DNA from: Bacteroidales bacterium
GTDB taxonomy: Bacteria; Bacteroidota; Bacteroidia; Bacteroidales; Dysgonomonadaceae
Direction: 5' to 3'
Assembly: GCA_012518155.1 (NCBI GenBank)
Contig: JAAYTC010000108.1
Location: 1-34,835 of the forward strand
DNA: 34,835 nucleotides
Both the position numbers and the translations under genes were made by a program. Below are positions 8,225 to 15,544 of this stretch, one piece after another. The notes under the pieces are model-generated. The model saw only the letters and a program-made list of their open reading frames with translations. It was not told the origin of the DNA and made no database searches. The number at the start of each line of letters is the position of its first letter. Position 1 is the first letter of the stretch.

Positions 8225-8608
8225 ATGTCGTCGCATTACGAAACCATCGATCAATATATCAGGGCTTATCCCGGCGAAGTACAGGAGAGGCTTGACATGC
8301 TGCGGAGACTAGTGCACGAAACGGTTCCCGAGGTGGAGGAGTCGATCAGTTACCAGATGCCGGCTTTCAGATACAAGGGAAAGATATTGCTCTATTTCGC
8401 GGCGTATAGCAACCATATCGGGGTGTATGCGACGCCCCGCGCGAACGAGGCGTACGCGGATCAATTGGCGACGATGGGTTTTAAAACATCAAAAGGAACC
8501 ATACAGTTACCCTTTAATAAACCTATTCCCGTGGAACTACTGTGCGATATCGCACGATTTAAAGCATCATCCATCGAGGAGGATAAAAAAGCAGGAGGAA
8601 AATTATGA
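8225..8608 (+). CDS. DUF1801/YdhG-like protein
   Basis: TIDQYI...EESISYQMPAF...YFAAYSNHIGVY...SKGTIQLP; ATG 8225 avoids overlap with the upstream gene. Confidence 0.88.
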   Translation: MSSHYETIDQYIRAYPGEVQERLDMLRRLVHETVPEVEESISYQMPAFRYKGKILLYFAAYSNHIGVYATPRANEAYADQLATMGFKTSKGTIQLPFNKPIPVELLCDIARFKASSIEEDKKAGGKL

Positions 8609-9447
8609 ACAAGTCAATGTATCCATGCATCTGGAGCAACCATAACGCGCGGGTGATGGCTGATTTTTACGTGTCCGCCTTTCCAAACGCGCGGGTGGTA
8701 GACGAGAACCAGGCCGTAGTTGTGTTCACGGTAAACGATCAACGCATCATGCTGCTGAATGGCGGGGAGATGTTTAACCCTACACCTACTATATCGCTCA
8801 TGTACTTGAGCAGCGACGAGAAGGAGGTGGAGGAGATTTACCGGAAATTAAGTGATGGCGGCAAAGACCTAATGCCGCTCGACAGTTACGGTTTTAGCAA
8901 AAAATACGCGTGGGTGGAGGATCGGTTTGGAATGACGTGGCAGCTCTATACCGGTAACGAGAAAGATATCGCCCAAAAGATAGTGCCCACGTTGATGTTC
9001 GTGGATAAAAATAACGGCAAAGCGGAAGAGGCGGTAAACTTCTACATGTCGATTTTTCCCGCATCGGGAGAGGCGAGATTTAGCCGGTACACGGGTGAAG
9101 AGGGGGAGACCCTCGGAAATATTCAACATGGACAATTCGTGGTGAATAATTACATGATGATGATCATGGATAGCTCCTACCCGCACTCCTTTAACTTCAA
9201 CGAGGGGGTGTCGTTAGTGGTGGAGTGCAATACACAGGAAGAGATCGACCTTTACTGGGAACGCCTGATCGCCGATGGGGGCGAAGAGGGGATGTGTGGC
9301 TGGCTGAAAGACCGATTTGGGGTGAGCTGGCAGGTCGTCCCGGCGGTGATCGATAAGCTGATGCAGCGCTCACCCAAGGTGTTGGAGATGATGATGAACA
9401 TGGGGAAACTGGATATTCAGAAGCTGAGAGAAGCCGCGGAAGGATAG
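8605..9447 (+). CDS. Tandem VOC/PhnB-like (3-demethylubiquinone-9 3-methyltransferase domain) protein
   Basis: Two VOC repeats ending YAWVEDRFGMTWQL and CGWLKDRFGVSWQV; ATGA overlap with the DUF1801 gene. Confidence 0.9.
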   Translation: MNKSMYPCIWSNHNARVMADFYVSAFPNARVVDENQAVVVFTVNDQRIMLLNGGEMFNPTPTISLMYLSSDEKEVEEIYRKLSDGGKDLMPLDSYGFSKKYAWVEDRFGMTWQLYTGNEKDIAQKIVPTLMFVDKNNGKAEEAVNFYMSIFPASGEARFSRYTGEEGETLGNIQHGQFVVNNYMMMIMDSSYPHSFNFNEGVSLVVECNTQEEIDLYWERLIADGGEEGMCGWLKDRFGVSWQVVPAVIDKLMQRSPKVLEMMMNMGKLDIQKLREAAEG

Positions 9448-9472
9448 CTCGCCTCTTTTTTACTCGATGCTT

Positions 9473-9511
9473 TTGCCCGGTACCAAGGAATATTCCAACG
9501 GTACCGGGCAA
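9473..9511. terminator. Stem-loop between convergent genes
   Basis: 12-bp perfect stem ttgcccggtacc / ggtaccgggcaa, followed by tgtttt. Confidence 0.65.
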
Positions 9512-9515
9512 TGTT

Positions 9516-10763
9516 TTAATTGACTGTTGTTTTTGCCGGCCCAATGCGGTAGAGTTGTCCCGCGTCGGTCACGGCATACAAGGCACCGTCGGCCCCTTCA
9601 CCCACATCGCGGAATCGTTCCCCTTCGTCCACAAGCAACCGCTCTTCACCGATCACTTTGTTATCTTCGATTACCAGCCGCGCGATATGTCTACTGCTCA
9701 TTCCCGCGAGGAAGAGATTATTCTGCCACTCGGGAATCGCGTTGGAGCTGTAAAAGGCCATCCCGCTGGGCGAAAGTACCGGATCCCAGTAGTAAACAGG
9801 CTGTTCCAGCCCCTCCATTTGGGTGATGCCCTCTCCAACGATTTCGCCGCTATACTCGATGCCGTAGGTGATGGTGGGCCATCCGTAATTGAGCCCCGGC
9901 TTGATAAGGTTCAGCTCGTCGCCCCCCCTCGGTCCCATCTCGTTCAGCCATAATTCTCCCGTCACCGGATGTATGTCAAGTCCCTGCGCGTTGCGGTGCC
10001 CGTAGGTGTATATCTCGGGCAGCGCGCCTTCCGTACCAATAAAGGGGTTCCCGGGAACGGGATCGCCCTCCGCGGTGATGTGGATAACCTTTCCATACCC
10101 GTTGTCTAACTTTTGTGATAAGGGGCGTGTGGCACGGTCGGAACGTTCGCCGGTGGAGACGAATATATGCCCGTTTTTGTCAAACAGCAGCCGGCTGCCA
10201 AAATGCATGCTGTTGTCGTAATAGGGAATCGCTCGGAAAATGATCTCGAAGTTTTCGATGCTCGTTTCATCGTCCGAAAGCCTGCCTTTTCCCACCGCGG
10301 TTAACGATCCCTGGGCAGTTCGTTCCGCCAGCGTGAAGTAGAGCACCCGGCTGGTTTCGAAGTCGGGCGCGGGAGCCACGTCCATTAATCCTCCTTGACG
10401 GCGGTCGTCCACTTCCGGGAAACCTTCAATTTTGTCGCTAAGGGTGCCATCGAGTTGGGCTACACGCAGGGTGCCTCCCTTTTCGGTGATGGCGATCCTG
10501 CCGTCAGGCAGGGCGGTCACGGCCCAAGGGCTCGAAAGATCATCCGTCAAGACCTCTATCGTGTATTCTGTAGTAGTTCGCACGCCCGCGACACGGGTCT
10601 GCCCCTCGAACGCGGGTTGGAAGTCAGAATTGGGGGCCTCTGTTTCCACGGGGGGCAAAGTGCCCTCGGGGAGTTCCTTTTGCTCTTCTTTTTGTTGTTC
10701 GCACGACGCGGAGAGTAATGTAAACGCTACCGCGAAAAGAATAGACATCTTAAATTGGTTCAT
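9516..10763 (-). CDS. PQQ-dependent aldose sugar dehydrogenase (GSDH/YliI-like) lipoprotein
   Basis: Lipobox LSASC; QGGLMDV, HFGSRL, YGHRNAQG, EMGPRGGDELN, NYGWP. Confidence 0.92.
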   Translation of the reverse strand: MNQFKMSILFAVAFTLLSASCEQQKEEQKELPEGTLPPVETEAPNSDFQPAFEGQTRVAGVRTTTEYTIEVLTDDLSSPWAVTALPDGRIAITEKGGTLRVAQLDGTLSDKIEGFPEVDDRRQGGLMDVAPAPDFETSRVLYFTLAERTAQGSLTAVGKGRLSDDETSIENFEIIFRAIPYYDNSMHFGSRLLFDKNGHIFVSTGERSDRATRPLSQKLDNGYGKVIHITAEGDPVPGNPFIGTEGALPEIYTYGHRNAQGLDIHPVTGELWLNEMGPRGGDELNLIKPGLNYGWPTITYGIEYSGEIVGEGITQMEGLEQPVYYWDPVLSPSGMAFYSSNAIPEWQNNLFLAGMSSRHIARLVIEDNKVIGEERLLVDEGERFRDVGEGADGALYAVTDAGQLYRIGPAKTTVN

Positions 10764-10832
10764 ACCGGTCTGTTTAAATGATTTGTATATTACTGTGATT
10801 GTTTTGGAGCCAAAACGGGCGCACGCTCATAT

Positions 10833-10857
10833 AACACCCTCTGTACTATAATTGTTT
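10833..10857 (-). promoter_or_regulatory. ECF-sigma-like promoter for the PQQ dehydrogenase
   Basis: Minus strand AAAC-aattatagtacagaggg(17)-TGTT. Confidence 0.45.
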
Positions 10858-10871
10858 ACCGAAGTTTCGGG

Positions 10872-10995
10872 GCGCGTATTTACCCTTCGTGAAAGGATAG
10901 CTGCACGTATTTACGTGTTATGAAGACGATGGCAGCGGGTATTAAGTTTCGTGAAGAGATGGAAGTGCGTATTACGTTTCGTGAAGACGATAACA
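10872..10995. repeat. Degenerate tandem array of 4 x 30-32 bp in a divergent promoter region
   Basis: Units start at 10872, 10903, 10935 and 10965; consensus about GYGCGTATT(T)ACGTTTCGTGAAGACGATRRCA. Confidence 0.85.
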
Positions 10996-11026
10996 GGCCG
11001 GGACGGTTTGAATTACTGGATGAAAA

Positions 11027-11051
11027 TAACATTTAGGGAAGCCCAAGTGTT
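11027..11051 (+). promoter_or_regulatory. ECF-sigma-like promoter for qorB
   Basis: TAAC-atttagggaagcccaag(17)-TGTT. Confidence 0.45.
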
Positions 11052-11119
11052 ATAGTAACTAATTAGGTGCATCACGATATGCCGAAACATAATCAAACTC
11101 ATATTAAAACAATAATTGT

Positions 11120-11962
11120 ATGAAAACAGGAATTACGGGAGCTACCGGGCAATTGGGCCGTCTGGTAGTAGAGAAACTAAAAGGAAAAGTAAATAACGAT
11201 ACGCTGGTCGCGTTGGTGCGGTCGCCGGAGAAGGCGAGCAGCCTGGGCATCGAGGCAAGGGCATTCGATTATACCCGGCCCGATACATTGGCAGAAGCAC
11301 TTAAAGGGATTGATCACCTGCTGCTGATCTCCAGTAATGAGGTGGGACAACGTAGGGCACAACACGAGAATGTGATTAACGCGGCACGTGAGGCGGGCGT
11401 GAAATGGATCGTCTACACGAGCTTGCTGTACGCCGATCGCTCGTCATTGAGCCTTGCCAAGGAGCATGCCGACACGGAACAGTTGTTGAAGGAATCGGGC
11501 ATCCCGCACACCATCCTACGGAACGGTTGGTATACCGAGAATTACACCGGTTCGATCGATGGAGCGCTGCAAGCCGGGGCATTTATTGGCAGTGCCGGAG
11601 AGGGGAAGATCTCTTCGGCCCCGAGGGAAGATTATGCCGAAGCGGCCGCCGTGGTACTGTCGGAAGAAGGGCACGTGGGAAAGGTATACGAGCTGGCGGG
11701 GGACACGTCGTACACGCTGAAAGAGCTGGCCGCGGAGGTATCCAAGCAGACTGGAAAAGAGATTCCTTATAACAACTTGCCGGAAGGGGAGTACGCGAAA
11801 GTGTTGGCGTCGGCCGGGGTCCCGGAGGAGTTCGCGCACGCGATCGCCCAGTGGGACGCGGGAGCTTCGAACAACGACCTGTTTAATGACGAGCGGGTGC
11901 TTTCGAAGCTGATCGGTAGGCCCACCACGCCCTTGAGCGACACCGTGAAAAGAGCTATTTGA
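11120..11962 (+). CDS. qorB: NAD(P)H:quinone oxidoreductase, YtfG/QorB-like (NmrA/atypical SDR)
   Basis: ITGATGQLG, LLLISSNEVGQR, LRNGWYTEN, AGEGKISSA, LIGRPTTPL. Confidence 0.9.
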   Translation: MKTGITGATGQLGRLVVEKLKGKVNNDTLVALVRSPEKASSLGIEARAFDYTRPDTLAEALKGIDHLLLISSNEVGQRRAQHENVINAAREAGVKWIVYTSLLYADRSSLSLAKEHADTEQLLKESGIPHTILRNGWYTENYTGSIDGALQAGAFIGSAGEGKISSAPREDYAEAAAVVLSEEGHVGKVYELAGDTSYTLKELAAEVSKQTGKEIPYNNLPEGEYAKVLASAGVPEEFAHAIAQWDAGASNNDLFNDERVLSKLIGRPTTPLSDTVKRAI

Positions 11963-14900
11963 TCTCGAACTCGATCCACTCCGAACGATCGGGTGGAGTG
12001 GGAGTGGCGACCTTCGGGCGAGGGTTTGATTTGAGCTCTTCCAGGAGTACTTCCACGGCTTTCTCCAGCGAAGGATCGTTGCCGTTGGCCAGCTCTTCGG
12101 GACGGTCTACCACCTCGATATCGGGGTAAACGCCGATCCCTTCGATGATCCATTGTCCGCTATGGTCGTAGATTCCGAAGCGGGGGACAGAGATGTAGCC
12201 GCCGTCCACCAGCCGGGCGTTGCCGGAGATGCCGACGAGCCCTCCCCAGGTGCGGGTGCCGATTAGCTTCCCTTCGCCGGTCTCCCGGAAGAAGTAGGGA
12301 AACGCGTCGCCCCCGGAGGATGAGTAACCATTAATTAACATCGCCTTGGGTCCGTCGTGCGCGATACCGGGCGATTTCATGGGAAGGGGCAGTCCGTTGC
12401 GGTGCCAGTAGACGAGCGTGCGCCGATTCAGGAGGTCGATCATCCGGTCGGGGATAAAACCGCCGCCGTTATACCGGTCGTCGATAATAAGCGCATCTTT
12501 GTGGTGATACGCGAGCATCCCCTTGAAGAGCTCCCGGTTTCCATCGATGGCGGTGTTGGGCACGTGAATGTAACCAATACGCCCCCCCGATAGTCGGTCG
12601 GTCATCTCGCGGCGTTCGCGCACCCAATCCATGTAGCGGAGCTCATGCTCGTTGGTGATGGTGTGCACCGTGGAAGTTCGGGGTGTAGCACCGGAAGAGG
12701 AGGCTACCGTGAGCTCGATATGCCGATTCCCCAAGTTTTCCAGTAGTTCGTAGGGGTTTTGATCGGTGGTGAGCTCTTGGCCGTTGATTGCCAAGATGAA
12801 ATCTCCCTCCTTCACGTCCACTCCCATTTCGGTGAGCGGTGAGCGTCGGCTCTGGTTCCAGTTCTCGCCGGCGTATATTTTTCGAATCTTGTAGCGGCCG
12901 GCGGAGAGGTCTGCTTCCAGTTCCGCGCCGAGGAGTCCCCCCTCCACGCGATCCACTCGCGCGATATCGCCCCAGTCTACGTACGCGTGGCCGGTATTGG
13001 TTTCGCTCACCACCTCGTTCAAGATATAGTCGAGGTCGAACCGGCTCGGCACGTATGGCAGCAGTTCGCCGTAACTTTTTTGTATCCCGTCCCAATCTAC
13101 CCCGTGCAAGTTATCGACGTAAAAGTAGTCCCGGAAAATGCGAAACGCGTCGGCATAAATCTGGTTCCACTCCTCCCGGGGATCGATCTTCATTGTCAAG
13201 TGCTCGAGGTTGAGGGTGTTTTCCCCCACTTTTTGTCCCGGTTGGTTCTTGGCAATCGCGTAATTGCTTCCCGTGCGGTAGATAAACGATTTTCCGTCGG
13301 CGGCGAGTTGCCCGTTGTTCGCGCCGTTCAGGATATCTTCGATTTTCTCCTCCTTGATGTGGTAGCGTGCTATTTTGTTGCCCGTGCTAAAGAGAAGCCC
13401 TTCCTCCACGGCCCCGATAAGGCGGTAGTTGCCAGCTTCTACCGGCAGTGCCTGTACCCGGCGGTTGATATTATCAAGGTCGATGGTCACTTTTACCTTG
13501 TCGGCCGCTGCTTTACCGCCGGTTTTTTCACCGTTGTTTTCCTTATCGTTCCCTCGATCTTGATTATCGTTCCCTCGATCTTGATTACTGTTCCCTCGAT
13601 CTTGATTACTGTTCCCTCGATCGCGATTACCCGTGGCGTTGCCTTGGTCCCCGTAGGATTCACGATCCTCTTTGTAGGGCGCGAGGCTCGTACCATCGTC
13701 CCTCAGCGGGAGAGCGTAGACGCGGGTAGCGTTATTATAGAGATAATCGAATTCGAAACTGCTGAATGCCAGGTTGAAATCGCGATTGGAGAGGAAGAAG
13801 AGGAATTTCCCGTCCCGGCTGAAAATGGGACTATGGTCGGAGTAGGTCTCGCCGGTCAATTGATGTTTTCGGCCGGTGGAGAGCTGGTAAGCCCAGAGAG
13901 CCGACTGGTAGTTGGGCGACGATTTGCTGTACGCGATCCAGTCCCCGTCGGGCGACCAGCTATAGTCGTTAATCTCTTCGGCGGTCGCTTCATCGATCGC
14001 GGTTTGCTTCCCGGCGGCAATATCCACCAGCCAGAGCTTCATTCCCCGGTCGCTATACACCAGGTGAGTGGAGCGGGGCGACCATTCCGGGGCGTGTTTC
14101 CATGCCGATGAGCCTCGAGTAATTTGGCGCGGCTCGGCCCCTTTGGTGTTCTCCAGGAGATAGAGTTCGTACTCTCCCGTCGCGTCGGAGTAGTAGGCAA
14201 TCTGTTTGCCGTCGGGCGACCATGTCGGGGATATTTCCCGTACTCCTTGTGTGTTGGTGAGGTTCTGCACCTCCCCCTTTTCGGCCGGCAGGCTGAAGAT
14301 ATCGCCCCGGGCTTCGAAGAGTGCCCTTTTCCCCGAGGGGGAGAGGCTATAACTACCAATAAACTCCTTCACGTTTCGGAAGGAGGCGTGTAGGTGCGGG
14401 TTGTCATAGAGAATTCCCACGTTGATTTTTCGGTCGTTGCCGGTCGTCAGGTCCAACACGTGCAGGTAACCTCCCAGTTCGTACACCAGTTGGCCGTTAC
14501 TGCCCGAGGGCCACATCACGTCGAAGTTACTATGACGCGTGATCTGTTGATCTTGCCCTGTGGTAAGGTCGTGTCGCCATATATTGAGGCGTGTATCGCG
14601 GTCGGACGCGTAATAAATGGCGTTTTCGTGCCACACCGGCCATTGGTCTGAGCCGGCCCACCGGGTGATTTTCCGTGAACTGTTGTTATCGAGGTCGTAG
14701 CTCCAGAGCTCCGTGGCGCGTCCCCCCTTGTAGCGTTTCCAGGTCCTGAATTCACGATCTACCGGCGTGAAGCAGAGTTGGGATCCATCCGGTGAGAAGG
14801 TGGCAAATCCCCCGTTAATGATGGGGAGTGCTTCCTCGAGCCCCCCCTCCAGTGAGACAGTAAAGTAGCGTCCATTTCGGTCACCAAACGGGGTGCGATT

Positions 14901-15302
14901 TGCCCGAAAGAGCACCCTCTTGCTGTCGGGCGTCCAATCGAGCACCACGTGATCGAATCCCCCACGGGGGGGCATCACGCCTGCCGAATTATAGAAGGTA
15001 AGTTGCCGTGCCGAGCCTCCCCCCGCGGGAATTACCCACACTTGGCGACTGCCGGAGTACTCCGCCGAGAAGGCGATCCATTGCCCATCGGGAGAGATTT
15101 TGGGAAAGAGTTCGATGCCGGGGTGAGAGGTGAGCCTTTTGGCCGTGCCCCCGTGCGCCGGTACTGTCCATATGTCGCCGGCATACACAAACGCTATCAG
15201 GTCGCCGTTAATATCCGGTTGCCTCATCATCCGGGCATCGTTCATTGAATAAACGTTCCAACAAGTAGCGATCGTGACGATCAGAATAAATTGTTTTAAC
15301 AT
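11955..15302 (-). CDS. Tricorn-type S41 peptidase (beta-propellers, PDZ, S41 domain), secreted
   Basis: WKRYKGG, PD40-like SPDG repeats, NTGHAY, IIDDRYNGGG, SSSGGDAFPY, GTRTWGG; 1115 aa with signal peptide. Confidence 0.95.
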   Translation of the reverse strand: MLKQFILIVTIATCWNVYSMNDARMMRQPDINGDLIAFVYAGDIWTVPAHGGTAKRLTSHPGIELFPKISPDGQWIAFSAEYSGSRQVWVIPAGGGSARQLTFYNSAGVMPPRGGFDHVVLDWTPDSKRVLFRANRTPFGDRNGRYFTVSLEGGLEEALPIINGGFATFSPDGSQLCFTPVDREFRTWKRYKGGRATELWSYDLDNNSSRKITRWAGSDQWPVWHENAIYYASDRDTRLNIWRHDLTTGQDQQITRHSNFDVMWPSGSNGQLVYELGGYLHVLDLTTGNDRKINVGILYDNPHLHASFRNVKEFIGSYSLSPSGKRALFEARGDIFSLPAEKGEVQNLTNTQGVREISPTWSPDGKQIAYYSDATGEYELYLLENTKGAEPRQITRGSSAWKHAPEWSPRSTHLVYSDRGMKLWLVDIAAGKQTAIDEATAEEINDYSWSPDGDWIAYSKSSPNYQSALWAYQLSTGRKHQLTGETYSDHSPIFSRDGKFLFFLSNRDFNLAFSSFEFDYLYNNATRVYALPLRDDGTSLAPYKEDRESYGDQGNATGNRDRGNSNQDRGNSNQDRGNDNQDRGNDKENNGEKTGGKAAADKVKVTIDLDNINRRVQALPVEAGNYRLIGAVEEGLLFSTGNKIARYHIKEEKIEDILNGANNGQLAADGKSFIYRTGSNYAIAKNQPGQKVGENTLNLEHLTMKIDPREEWNQIYADAFRIFRDYFYVDNLHGVDWDGIQKSYGELLPYVPSRFDLDYILNEVVSETNTGHAYVDWGDIARVDRVEGGLLGAELEADLSAGRYKIRKIYAGENWNQSRRSPLTEMGVDVKEGDFILAINGQELTTDQNPYELLENLGNRHIELTVASSSGATPRTSTVHTITNEHELRYMDWVRERREMTDRLSGGRIGYIHVPNTAIDGNRELFKGMLAYHHKDALIIDDRYNGGGFIPDRMIDLLNRRTLVYWHRNGLPLPMKSPGIAHDGPKAMLINGYSSSGGDAFPYFFRETGEGKLIGTRTWGGLVGISGNARLVDGGYISVPRFGIYDHSGQWIIEGIGVYPDIEVVDRPEELANGNDPSLEKAVEVLLEELKSNPRPKVATPTPPDRSEWIEFEIK
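13545..13628 (-). repeat. In-frame 4 x 21-bp minisatellite encoding N(R/Q)DRGN(S/D)
   Basis: Plus strand: atcgttccctcgatcttgatt x2, actgttccctcgatcttgatt, actgttccctcgatcgcgatt. Confidence 0.95.
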
Positions 15303-15306
15303 TCTA

Positions 15307-15314
15307 CAAATGTA
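15307..15314 (-). promoter_or_regulatory. -7 box for the tricorn gene (near-leaderless)
   Basis: TACATTTG ends 4 nt before ATG 15302. Confidence 0.55.
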
Positions 15315-15403
15315 CGCTTTTTTTTCGAAATTTTCGTAAACTCTCTTTTATAGTTTCGTACACGGGATTTAATTTTTAACTGTCAATTGATCAATAATTT
15401 GAT

Positions 15404-15411
15404 TATCTTTG
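15404..15411 (+). promoter_or_regulatory. -7 box for the carboxyltransferase gene
   Basis: TATCTTTG, about 130 nt upstream of ATG 15545. Confidence 0.6.
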
Positions 15412-15544
15412 TAGTATGCCGTGCGAAATGCCATTCAACTAAATTGGCATTCATTTGTTATTACTCTAATGTCATAGAAAATGACGTTAAGAACAATGGT
15501 GTGGTGCGTGTGGAAATACCAACCAAAAAAGAAAATAAAAACGT

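Noticed and set aside
10872-10995. Repeat array as a CRISPR array
   Set aside because: Units are contiguous with no unique spacers, and there are no cas genes in the window.
13545-13628. 21-bp repeats as CRISPR or a separate ORF (13493-13696, IKIEGT repeats)
   Set aside because: No spacers; they lie in frame inside tricorn, and the alternative-frame ORF is a by-product.
12987-14111. 374-aa plus-strand ORF and other long antisense or alternate-frame ORFs (e.g. 4021-4806, 20870-21658)
   Set aside because: Shadows of well-supported genes with no recognisable motifs.
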